Source: an uncultured Deinococcales bacterium
Lineage (GTDB): Bacteria > Deinococcota > Deinococci > Deinococcales > JAAFIG01
Length of the DNA stretch: 39,202 nucleotides
NCBI GenBank assembly: GCA_964244895.1
Contig: CAXTKV010000019.1
Coordinates: forward strand, 1 to 39,202
Direction: 5' to 3'
Of the stretch, positions 1-8,390 are shown one piece after another. The position numbers and the translations under genes are program-made. Position 1 is the first letter of the stretch, and the number at the start of each line of letters is the position of its first letter. The notes under the pieces were generated by a model. The model was not told the origin of the DNA. It worked only from the letters and a program-made list of their open reading frames with translations, and ran no database searches.

Positions 1-117
1 GAGTTCACCGGCGCGTGGCCCTCGAAGATCACCGGTCCGGCTCCGAACGCCTCGTCGAACGACGTGGCGGTCGAGGAATTGCAGATCGTCTACGACAGCT
101 ACAAGCGCACCAAGTAG
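1..117 (+). CDS. CIS/phage tail tube protein (T4 gp19-like, Afp1/5 family), 3' end only
   Basis: Frame 1 reads EFTGAWPSKITGPAPNASSNDVAVEELQIVYDSYKRTK* (TAG 115-117). AWPSK.TGP...A.S..VAVEEL is the typical gp19-family C-terminus and parallels AYPVKWTGPQLSASSTSVAIETLEL in 804-1274. Not in the ORF track because it is truncated by the window edge. Confidence 0.9.
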   Translation, partial: EFTGAWPSKITGPAPNASSNDVAVEELQIVYDSYKRTK

Positions 118-140
118 GCTGCGCTCCGGAGGGGGTCGCG

Positions 141-509
141 TTGCTCCGCACCGAGTTCGAGTTCACCCTGCCGAACGGCTTCGTCGATGACCGCGGCGAT
201 TTGCACCGTCGCGGCGCGATGCGTCTGGCGACAGCGATCGATGAGGTCGAGCCGCTCTCGGATCCTCGGGTCAAGGCGAACGAGGCCTACCTGGGCATCG
301 CGTTGCTGAGCCGGGTCACCACCCGGCTCGGCAACGTCTCACCTGTGCCCCCCGAGGTGATCGAGCGCCTGTTCTCGGCGGATTTCGCGTACTTGCAAGA
401 ACTTTACGTCCGCATCAACGACGGCGCGATGATCGTTGAAACGGAGTGCCCGAACTGCGGCACGCGCTTCAGCCTCGACCTCGCCGCTCAAGACGAGGTG
501 GTGACGTGA
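141..509 (+). CDS. CIS tail assembly chaperone-like protein (122 aa)
   Basis: TTG start at 141 after GGAGGGGG (128-135). LRTEFEFTLP.GFVD..G.LHR.G.MRLATA.DE..PL.DPRV..NEAYL and LFSADFAYLQELY are the conserved motifs of the protein that follows the tube gene in CIS loci; C-terminal CPNCG. Confidence 0.8.
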   Translation: MLRTEFEFTLPNGFVDDRGDLHRRGAMRLATAIDEVEPLSDPRVKANEAYLGIALLSRVTTRLGNVSPVPPEVIERLFSADFAYLQELYVRINDGAMIVETECPNCGTRFSLDLAAQDEVVT

Positions 510-685
510 GCGGCAGCTCGGGTCGGGGCAACCGAAGTGGGCCGGGTCGGAGCCAGAATGCGCAGGGCGCAGCACACGCCAGTCCAGACCCGGCGCTCAT
601 CGCCGAGAAGGTCTACCGCCTGTTGTTGGCGGACGCTCGCCTCTCGCGGGCGCGCGGCGAACTTCCGCGCTCGCGCAAGCGCTAG
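506..685 (+). CDS. small CIS-associated protein (59 aa) with DPALIAEKVYRLL helix motif
   Basis: GTG overlaps the upstream TGA (GTGA 506-509); GAGGTG at 495-500. The C-terminal helix resembles the C-terminus of 1282-4665. Confidence 0.6.
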   Translation: MSGSSGRGNRSGPGRSQNAQGAAHASPDPALIAEKVYRLLLADARLSRARGELPRSRKR

Positions 686-803
686 CAATACCGTCCCTGA
701 CGGAGCCCCAGAACCGAACGCAGGCTCGGGAGAATCCGACACCGACTGACACGAGGCGACATCGTCGGGCACGAATTTCAGAACGACAACAGAGGATGCC
801 CTC

Positions 804-1274
804 ATGGCCGAAAAATACGTTGAAAATTCCGATGAGGTCAAAACAGTTCACGGCAGCAACCGCTTTTACATCGAGATCGATTCAAAAACGAGCGCCGTCT
901 TCACCGAAGTAAATGGCCTGTCCGTCGAGACCGAAGTGACGGAGTACATGGAGGGCGGCTACAACGATTACGTTCACAAACTGCCTGGCCGGACGAAGAT
1001 CGGGAACGTCACACTCAAGCACGGGGTCACGAATTCACCGGATCTGCTCGAGTGGTTGATCAAGGTCACACAAGGAAAGATCGAACGCCGGAACGTCTCG
1101 GTCGTGGTCTACGGTCGCGATCCCAAAGGCGGCAGCAAAGAACTCGTGCGCTACAACTTCAACCTCGCCTACCCGGTCAAGTGGACCGGGCCGCAACTCT
1201 CCGCCTCGAGCACCTCGGTCGCCATCGAGACGCTCGAGCTGGCGCACGCGGGCTTCAGCCTGAGCAAGAAGTGA
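804..1274 (+). CDS. CIS tail tube protein 2 (gp19-like, Afp5-type)
   Basis: RFYIEID...FTEVNGLSVETEVTEYMEGG.N.YVHKLPGRTK.GNVTLKHG and AYPVKWTGPQL..VAIETLELAH are gp19 signatures; GAGG upstream. Confidence 0.93.
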   Translation: MAEKYVENSDEVKTVHGSNRFYIEIDSKTSAVFTEVNGLSVETEVTEYMEGGYNDYVHKLPGRTKIGNVTLKHGVTNSPDLLEWLIKVTQGKIERRNVSVVVYGRDPKGGSKELVRYNFNLAYPVKWTGPQLSASSTSVAIETLELAHAGFSLSKK

Positions 1275-1281
1275 GGCGGAG

Positions 1282-4200
1282 GTGACCCGACCCAGCCGCC
1301 CCGCCTCGAGTGCCCGACCGCTCCAGGGGCGGGGCGTACACGCCTGGGCCGAACGGCAGCGTCGGTTTCTGCGCTCGCTCGCTGTACGGCAACCGCTGCT
1401 CGCGCGTCTCGCACCGAGGTTCGTTGCGCGGGTTTTCGGGGTGGTCTCGGCCTCAGGGCCAGGCGTCGGCTTCGTGCCGCCCGTCAACCCCACCCGTCCG
1501 GGCGCGGCGCGGCGCGCATTTGTTCCCGCCCTGGCGGTTCTGTCCACCGGACGTTCCCAACTGCATCGCATAACCGAACGCTCGCACCCTGCCACGCCGC
1601 CTGAAGCGAGCCCTGAGCTGATCCCGACTCCCCTCCCCGCTGCGGTCGACGAAGCCAGTGATGAATTCGGGAGCGAGGTGATCGAAGGGTTGCCCTCACT
1701 GGAGGTGCCGTCCGTCGAGGATGCGCGCACAGAGCCAGTTGCGCTCTCGCCGTATGGCGAAGAGGCGGTTCCTGGAGAAGTTCCTTTCGGGGATCTCGAA
1801 TCTCTCGAGGAGGCGATCCTCGAGGGAGCAGCGCTCGATGAACCCGAACGTGACGTGAGCGATTCAGGATTCGATGCGGTTCCCAACGAGGCCGAGGACG
1901 CGCGCGGCGCGTCCACCGAGGATCGCGCGAACACGGGTGCGGATACGCTCGAGACCGCGCTACCGCCCTCACTGGTCGAGTCCGGTCTGGATCACGATCC
2001 TGAAGACGCCGCCCGCCTCCCCGAGGACCCGCCCCGCCCATCGAAACGCAAGTCCCAGCGCGCGCCCGAAGTGTCCGTTCGGGGAGAACCGGGGCTGCCC
2101 TCGATTCAGCCGATCGAAGTCGATCTCCAGGAACCGAATCTCGAGCCGGTCAAAGCGCGCCGTGGACGCAAATCCCCGAGCGCGACCCAAGATTCAAGCC
2201 AACCCCAGGTTCGGCAGGTCTTGGAAACCCAACAAATAACTCGAGCCATCGAAGCGCAACCCGTGAGCGAGATTGAGCTTCGGCCCGATGAGCGCGCAAG
2301 TCTCGAGGCGCCGCCCCCGGTGACGGAAATCCCCGAGGCTGGGGCGAGCGGGTTCGAGCGATCCACCCCGCTGGAGATCGCACCCGCTGGGGCGCCCGAG
2401 CCTACCGCCCTCAGAGGTTCAGACGCGACGGAGCCAGCGCCGAGCGAGGATCGGGCGGACTCGCTCGCCTATCGGACTGAGGGAGGGCTGGAAAGTCCGG
2501 ATCTCTCGCCGCAACCCAGCATGACGGATGCCCCACCCGCGCGGGCGCTCGAGGCGAAACCCGAGGGCGACCCCACGCCGCGACCTTTCGAGCCCACCGA
2601 AACCTCGCCTGAGCGCGCGCCCGAAACCATTTCGTCGCACGCAGAGCGCGGCGAACGGGGTCGGGGAGCCCGCCAGCCCACTTCCGAGCGACCGACCGAT
2701 CGAGTCGCGCCTGTAGGCGACGAGCCTGAGCGTCGCATCAAAACGAGGAATATCGTCCCAGACGATGTTCCTTCCGAATCAGAGAGGTCGGTCGATGCTC
2801 GCGCTCTGCTGCGCGACCCGGAGGTACGGCCCGGATCGGAGCTGACCGTTCGCCCCTTCGAGGCCGAGCGTGAACCCGGCTCACCCCCCGGTGTACAAGC
2901 GACCAGCATCGGTGCCGAGGGCGAGCCGCGCGCGCTCGAAGGGCTGAGCGACATGGGGCAGTCTCCGGTGACGGCACGAACGCCGCTCGAGGCACCACCG
3001 GAAACCGAACGGACGGCGAGCGGCCCAGCCGAGAACGCCGCGGAGAGCCTCGAGGTTCCCGAAGCTGCGCCAGTACGATCCGGCTCAACCAAAGGAAATC
3101 CGCTCGAGCCGCCGCCCCAGGAGCGCGAGCTCGTCCCGGCGATCCCGCCACCACCGACCCCGGTATCGGATGGCGCGCCGCTGGCCGAGAACCGCGTGGT
3201 GGAAACGGTCAAACCGCGCCGCCCTCGACCGGTGCCGCTCGCGGCCAACGAGGTACGGAAGGACGCGCAGGCTCCTGAGCCGAGCGCGCTCGAGGCGATG
3301 ACCCAGGACACGGACGCCATCGAACGCCTGTTCCGCGCCTGGCGTAAACCCGAAGATCGCTTCGCACCCTCCCCCGACGCGCAGGCCGCGACGCGATTCG
3401 TACGACCGGCAGAGGTTCCCGAGCCTCTCGAGACGCGCCGCACCACACCGACACCCTTCGAGCGCGCCCCGGACGAGCCGTCCGAGAGGGCCGATGGTTC
3501 AGCTCCAGACGAGATTGCCGCGCGCGATTCCGACCGGCGCGAGCTGCCGGACGATCCCCTGCTGGACGTGCTGTTTCGCGTTTGGGCTCGGCCCGAGGAT
3601 CGGTACTCTCCCCCGAGTACAAACGTTGGTCGAGAGACGACCTCGAGGCTTCCGAGACCCGAGGTCGCTGCGGGTCTCGAACAGCGGGCAGCTCCGATGG
3701 CACCTCCCCGCCCCCCACTCGAACCCCAGCGTCCGGACGAGGCCGGCGGAGAGCGTCGTCGGTTCCAGGCCGCGCTCCAGGTGAACCCCCAAGATGGGTT
3801 CATTGCGGAGTCCCAGATCAAGGGGCTCGAGACGACCCCCCTCCCGGAATCGGCGCGGCGTTTCTTGCATCCGATCGTCGGCATCGATCCCACTGAAGCG
3901 CGCGTTCAGCGCGGGCCACTCGCCGATGCGATCGCGGACAGCCGCGATGCGGATGCCGTCACGCTCGGGCGGGACGTGTTCGTCTCGAGCGCGCATCCAG
4001 ATGGCGATCCGGAAACGCTGGCGCTGCTGGCGCACGAACTGACGCACGTCGCGCGCGGACTCTCGCCGCGTTTCGTGCCACCCATCATCCGCGACTCGGA
4101 GGCGAGCGAGTCCGACCAGGACGGGTCGCGCACTGCCTCACCGCGCCCCTCGAACGCCGAGGAGGACTTGGCCGAGCGCGTCGAGGCCCGCGCGCTGGAG

Positions 4201-4665
4201 CGAGCCGAGGATCGTCTCGAGACGGGAATGACCGCCCTGGACGGCTCTGGCGAGTTCCCGGAGTTTGGCACGACAGTCTCGAATGCAAGGAACACCGTAC
4301 AGGACGGGTTCGAGGGCAACTCGAGAGGCCCGCGTCCACAGCGGCGGGAAAGCCCGTCCGATCCCTGGAACGGGCTGCCCGCACCGTGGGAGCCGATGCC
4401 CGACTTGGACTTCTCCGGTTCGTCCAGGGCGTTCTCGAGCGGACTCGAACTGGCCTCGTCTGGCGCCGAAGGTCTGACGGGCGGTGCGGGCGCGCAGGCG
4501 GCCTCACGCGGACGCAATCTCGAGCGCCGCGCCGAAACGAACCGCCAGGAAGAGGTAGCGGAGGACGAGCAGGGCGGCGTGCAGCAGGATCTGGATGGGC
4601 TCGCGCGGCAGGTCTACGCGATCCTCAAGCGTCGGCTCGAGATGGAACGACGGCGCGGTTTCTGA
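1282..4665 (+). CDS. large Pro/Glu-rich DUF4157 (eCIS core domain) protein, possible tape-measure-like component
   Basis: Long low-complexity N-terminal region; DUF4157 near 3840-4060 (LPESARRFL...DAVTLGRDVFV...LLAHELTHV); C-terminal DLDGLARQVYAILKRRLEMERRRG. Lies between tube 2 and the LysM gene. Start codon uncertain. Confidence 0.7.
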   Translation: MTRPSRPASSARPLQGRGVHAWAERQRRFLRSLAVRQPLLARLAPRFVARVFGVVSASGPGVGFVPPVNPTRPGAARRAFVPALAVLSTGRSQLHRITERSHPATPPEASPELIPTPLPAAVDEASDEFGSEVIEGLPSLEVPSVEDARTEPVALSPYGEEAVPGEVPFGDLESLEEAILEGAALDEPERDVSDSGFDAVPNEAEDARGASTEDRANTGADTLETALPPSLVESGLDHDPEDAARLPEDPPRPSKRKSQRAPEVSVRGEPGLPSIQPIEVDLQEPNLEPVKARRGRKSPSATQDSSQPQVRQVLETQQITRAIEAQPVSEIELRPDERASLEAPPPVTEIPEAGASGFERSTPLEIAPAGAPEPTALRGSDATEPAPSEDRADSLAYRTEGGLESPDLSPQPSMTDAPPARALEAKPEGDPTPRPFEPTETSPERAPETISSHAERGERGRGARQPTSERPTDRVAPVGDEPERRIKTRNIVPDDVPSESERSVDARALLRDPEVRPGSELTVRPFEAEREPGSPPGVQATSIGAEGEPRALEGLSDMGQSPVTARTPLEAPPETERTASGPAENAAESLEVPEAAPVRSGSTKGNPLEPPPQERELVPAIPPPPTPVSDGAPLAENRVVETVKPRRPRPVPLAANEVRKDAQAPEPSALEAMTQDTDAIERLFRAWRKPEDRFAPSPDAQAATRFVRPAEVPEPLETRRTTPTPFERAPDEPSERADGSAPDEIAARDSDRRELPDDPLLDVLFRVWARPEDRYSPPSTNVGRETTSRLPRPEVAAGLEQRAAPMAPPRPPLEPQRPDEAGGERRRFQAALQVNPQDGFIAESQIKGLETTPLPESARRFLHPIVGIDPTEARVQRGPLADAIADSRDADAVTLGRDVFVSSAHPDGDPETLALLAHELTHVARGLSPRFVPPIIRDSEASESDQDGSRTASPRPSNAEEDLAERVEARALERAEDRLETGMTALDGSGEFPEFGTTVSNARNTVQDGFEGNSRGPRPQRRESPSDPWNGLPAPWEPMPDLDFSGSSRAFSSGLELASSGAEGLTGGAGAQAASRGRNLERRAETNRQEEVAEDEQGGVQQDLDGLARQVYAILKRRLEMERRRGF

Positions 4666-4745
4666 GGCGCGATTGACCCGACCGCAGCGGCCACCGAGCG
4701 AAGCCACTCTGAAGAACCCTAGAACGACGGATCAGGAGGCGATTC

Positions 4746-5441
4746 ATGGCGGAGACGCTGGACAAAGCGAAGATCATTTCGGAGACCGGAGAAAAACTCG
4801 AATGCCTGTTCAACCCCAAAGAACTCACGGTCACGCGGCAGAACCAGTTCACTTCCGGTAAGACATCGGGCTCGAGCGTGCCACCGCAAGAGTTCGGCAG
4901 CGGCCAGCCGCAGCAATTGCAGATCCAGCTTTTGTTCGACACGGCAGCAGGGTACACGGGCAGCACCTACAAGAAAGAAAGTGGCATCGGTGAAGCCGAG
5001 GACGTGCGCGCGAAGTACACGGAGAAGCTCTGGAAGATGATGGACGCGACCGTCGAGGATCACAAGGGCAGCCGCAAGAGCAAAAAAAAGCGTCCGCCGA
5101 TCGTAACCTTCGAGTGGGGCACCTTCCGGTTCAAGGGCGTGATCACCAGCCTCAAACAGCAGTTCACGCTGTTCTCGCCGAAAGGCTTCCCGGTGCGCGC
5201 CATGCTGGACGTATCGATTCAGCAATTCAAGGACGAGGGTTTGTTACCGCCCACCAACCCCACCTCCGGCGGCCTCGGTGGGGAACACGTCCGCACCGTT
5301 CAGCAGGGCGAGAATCTGCAGCTGATCGCCTACCGGGAATACGGCGACCCCAACCTGTGGCGGAACATCGCTGACGAGAATCGGCTCACGGCAGTGCGAC
5401 AGATCAGGCCAGGAACGCAGCTCAAGATCCCGATCATCTGA
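4746..5441 (+). CDS. CIS tube initiator / LysM protein (Afp7-like)
   Basis: CLFNPKELTV, LLFDT, PPIVTFEWG, FTLFSPKGFPVRA, NPTSGG and a C-terminal LysM (RTVQQGENLQLIAYREYGDPNLWRNIA..N...IRPGTQLKIP); AGGAGG RBS. Confidence 0.92.
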   Translation: MAETLDKAKIISETGEKLECLFNPKELTVTRQNQFTSGKTSGSSVPPQEFGSGQPQQLQIQLLFDTAAGYTGSTYKKESGIGEAEDVRAKYTEKLWKMMDATVEDHKGSRKSKKKRPPIVTFEWGTFRFKGVITSLKQQFTLFSPKGFPVRAMLDVSIQQFKDEGLLPPTNPTSGGLGGEHVRTVQQGENLQLIAYREYGDPNLWRNIADENRLTAVRQIRPGTQLKIPII

Positions 5442-5451
5442 AGGGGGACTC

Positions 5452-7236
5452 GTGCCGGACGCGACCGAACAACTGCTCAGCCACTTCTTCTTGAAGCTCG
5501 AGAGCTTCGGGGGTGGGAGCGACACGCCCGACGAGATCGCCCGCGACCTCCAGGAAGTGCGGGTCGAGAGCAGCCTGCACCTGCCGGATGTAGCGACCAT
5601 CGTGCTGCACGATCCGAGCCTTCAGTGGGTGGACGACGCGCGGCTCGAGCCGGGGAAACCCGTTCAGATCTTGGCGCGTTTCGCCAACCGCGAGCGCAAG
5701 GTCTTCGATGGCGAGATCGTCGAGATCGAACCCGAATACCTCTCGGAAACCATGAACCTCTCGATCCGGGCCTTCGACCGCCTGCACCGCCTTTCGCGCG
5801 GGCGGCACGCCCGTTCGTTTCTGAACGTCAACGACGCGGACATCGTCGAGAAGATCGCTTCTGAGGTGGGCTTGCAGGGTGAAGTGGGCAGCACGCCAGA
5901 GGTCTTCGAATACGTCTTTCAGGAGAACGAGACGAACCTCGAATTCCTACAAAAGCGCGCTAACACCCTCGGGTTCTTGCTGTACGTTACCGAGAAAACC
6001 TTGCACTGCAAGCCGGGGCGCACGGCGGGCGAAACCGCGAAGCTCAAGTGGCACGAGACGCTCACCGAGTTCAGGCCGCGCCTGACCAGCCTCGAGCAAC
6101 CCTCCGAATTTACGGTGCGCGGCTGGGATCCGAAGTCCAAAAAGTCCGTGATCGGGACGAAGAAGCAAGGCGAGACGCGCCTCAAGATCGGCGAGACGCG
6201 CGACGGCGGGGCGCTCGCGCAGCAGGCCTTCAGTCTGGAAGCGCCCTGGTTGGTGGCTGACCAGCCCGTGCGCAAGCAATCGATGGCCGAGAAGATGGCG
6301 CAGGCCGTGGCGGACAGCTTCAGCGACCGCTACGTCGTGGCCGACGGCGCGTGTCTGGGCAACCCGGATGTCGTGGCGGGAGCCTCCGTCAAGCTCGAGG
6401 CGGTCGGAAAGCGCTTCGAGGGGACGTATTTTGTCACCGGTGCGGTGCATCACTTCTCGCTCAACCAGGGCTACACGACGCAGTTCTCGGTCTCCGGGCG
6501 TCGCCCGAGCAGCCTGCTCGGCCTGCTCCGCCCCGAGGCCGAGAGCCTTCCGACGCGGGGGCTGGTGGTCGGGGTGGTCACGAACAACGACGATCCGGAC
6601 GGCTGGGGGCGCGTCAAGCTCAATTACCCCTGGCTCGCCGACGATCACGAGAGCGACTGGGCCAGGGTCGCGTGCATCGGTGCGGGGCCGGATCGGGGCG
6701 TGCAGTTCATTCCGGAGGTCAACGATGAGGTGCTCGTCGGCTTCGAGTTGGGCGACATTCACCATCCTTACGTCCTGGGCGGTCTCTGGAACGGCAAGGA
6801 CATGCCCTCGAAGAAATCCACGGAGGTGGTCAAACGCGGCAAGGTCAATGAGCGCATCATCCGTTCGCGGCTCGGCCACCTGATCGTGATGAACGACAGC
6901 GACGACAAGCCGAGTGTCACGGTCGAGACCAAGGCGGGCCATCTGATCCTTCTCGACGACACGCCGGGCAGCGAGAAAATTCAGATCAAGGACAAAACCG
7001 GCTCGAACACCATGACGATCGATAGCGTCACCAACGGCATGACCGTCGAGATCACGGGGGATATCAAGATCAGCTCGAAGGCCAACATCAGCATCGAGGC
7101 GACCGCGAATCTCGAGATGAAAGGCATGATGGTCACCGCCGAGGGTCAGGCTCAGGCGACTGTCAAGGCTCCGCAGGTGGACGTGAGCGGTCAGGCGATG
7201 GTCAACGTTCAGGGCGCGTTGGTGAAGATCAACTAA
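5452..7236 (+). CDS. vgrG: VgrG-like spike protein (Afp8-like; gp27 hub + gp5 OB-fold + beta-helix)
   Basis: YVFQENETNLEFLQKRA, VRGWDPKSK, GVVTNNDDPDGWGRVKL.YPW, WARVA..GAG..RG..F.PEVNDEVLVGFE.GD...PYVLGGLWNG, C-terminal GALVKIN. No effector extension. Confidence 0.95.
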   Translation: MPDATEQLLSHFFLKLESFGGGSDTPDEIARDLQEVRVESSLHLPDVATIVLHDPSLQWVDDARLEPGKPVQILARFANRERKVFDGEIVEIEPEYLSETMNLSIRAFDRLHRLSRGRHARSFLNVNDADIVEKIASEVGLQGEVGSTPEVFEYVFQENETNLEFLQKRANTLGFLLYVTEKTLHCKPGRTAGETAKLKWHETLTEFRPRLTSLEQPSEFTVRGWDPKSKKSVIGTKKQGETRLKIGETRDGGALAQQAFSLEAPWLVADQPVRKQSMAEKMAQAVADSFSDRYVVADGACLGNPDVVAGASVKLEAVGKRFEGTYFVTGAVHHFSLNQGYTTQFSVSGRRPSSLLGLLRPEAESLPTRGLVVGVVTNNDDPDGWGRVKLNYPWLADDHESDWARVACIGAGPDRGVQFIPEVNDEVLVGFELGDIHHPYVLGGLWNGKDMPSKKSTEVVKRGKVNERIIRSRLGHLIVMNDSDDKPSVTVETKAGHLILLDDTPGSEKIQIKDKTGSNTMTIDSVTNGMTVEITGDIKISSKANISIEATANLEMKGMMVTAEGQAQATVKAPQVDVSGQAMVNVQGALVKIN

Positions 7237-7462
7237 AACTCGGCGCTCGAGCTGGGAGGAAAAGATTGGACGAGGTGCTAGAAGGGTTCGATACTGCGTT
7301 TTTGGATCGGCTCATGGTGAATTCGAACGCGATCAGCCGCCCTCCACTGGCTTCAATGCGGTCTCAGTAGAGCAAAACTCGAGGGGTAGATCCTGCAGAA
7401 GGGCGTGTTCATCCCGAGCTTCGTTCATCACAATTCTCGCCCCGTTTCCGAGAGGCCAAAAC

Positions 7463-7561
7463 ATGAGACGAGTAACCAATAGCTACTTCAGCCAGCAGCC
7501 TGCAGATCCGAAGAAGGCCGCGCCTACAAACGTTCTCGAGATCGCTGCAGGCGGTGCCTGA
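7463..7561 (+). CDS. putative 32-aa small ORF translationally coupled to PAAR
   Basis: ATG 7463 preceded by GAGAGG; MRRVTNSYFSQQPADPKKAAPTNVLEIAAGGA*. Its TGA (7559-7561) overlaps the PAAR ATG (TGATG). Confidence 0.35.
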   Translation: MRRVTNSYFSQQPADPKKAAPTNVLEIAAGGA

Positions 7562-7860
7562 TGCCGACAGGACCCGCCGCCCGCATCTCGGATATGCACA
7601 CCTGCCCGATGGTGACGGTTCTCGTGCCGCACGTCGGTGGGCCGATTCTGCCGCCGGGTTGTCCGACGGTGCTGATCGGGGGTCTGCCCGCCGCGCGCGT
7701 CGGAGACATGGCGACCTGCGTGGGACCGCCAGATTCGATCGTCTTGGGCTCGATGACCGTATTGATCGGCGGGATGCCCGCCGCCCGTCTGGGGGACTTG
7801 ACCGTTCACGGGGGCGTGATCGTGGGTCCTGGCTGTCCGACGGTGATCATCGGTGGCTAG
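7561..7860 (+). CDS. PAAR spike-tip protein (Afp10-like)
   Basis: Three PAAR motifs (PAARISDMHTCP, PAARVGD, PAARLGD) with His/Cys metal ligands and TV(L/I)IGG repeats. Confidence 0.96.
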   Translation: MPTGPAARISDMHTCPMVTVLVPHVGGPILPPGCPTVLIGGLPAARVGDMATCVGPPDSIVLGSMTVLIGGMPAARLGDLTVHGGVIVGPGCPTVIIGG

Positions 7861-7971
7861 GGGCCAGAAAACGAATTCGTTCCCGCGCGTCCTCACGGCG
7901 AGAACGCCGTCCTCGAGGGTGCCTGACCGAGCGACACGAGAAACGCGCGACAGGCGAGTGAGGGAGCAGGC

Positions 7972-8388
7972 ATGACCATCGAGAAGAGGGACAAAGACAA
8001 GGCTGTTCTCGGCGTTGGCTGGGCATTCCCCGTGTCCGTAGACCCCAGGGGACGCATCGCGCTGGCGTATTACGAAACCGATATCGTACAGGCCATCCGC
8101 ATGATTCTCTTAACCCCCAAAGGCCAGCGGGTCATGCGCCCCGAGTTCGGTTGCCGGATCTTCGAGCTGATGTTCGCGCCGAACAACTCGACCACCATGG
8201 GGCTCGCCGCCTACTATGTCGAGGAGGCGCTCACGATGTGGGAGCCGCGCATCCGCATAGATCAGGTGAGCGCGGACGCGGACGCGGACGATCCGAGCCG
8301 CCTCTTGATTGACTTGGCGTACACCGTCAAGGCCACGAACGACAAGCGCTCGCTCGTTCATCCCTTCTACCGCATCCCCGGAGAGTGA
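7972..8388 (+). CDS. baseplate wedge gp25/GPW family protein (Afp9-like)
   Basis: LGVGWAFP, IRMILLT.KGQRVMRPEFGC, EAL..WEPRI, LVHPFY. Confidence 0.95.
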   Translation: MTIEKRDKDKAVLGVGWAFPVSVDPRGRIALAYYETDIVQAIRMILLTPKGQRVMRPEFGCRIFELMFAPNNSTTMGLAAYYVEEALTMWEPRIRIDQVSADADADDPSRLLIDLAYTVKATNDKRSLVHPFYRIPGE

Positions 8389-8390
8389 AC

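Noticed and set aside
15..140. N-terminal extension of ORF 15..509
   Set aside because: It overlaps the real tube gene in another frame; the RBS and family motif start at TTG 141.
440..509. Possible lambda G/GT-style -1 frameshift joining the chaperone to the 59-aa ORF (the -1 frame is open from 440)
   Set aside because: No X XXY YYZ slippery heptamer is visible, and the small ORF has its own SD and GTGA coupling.
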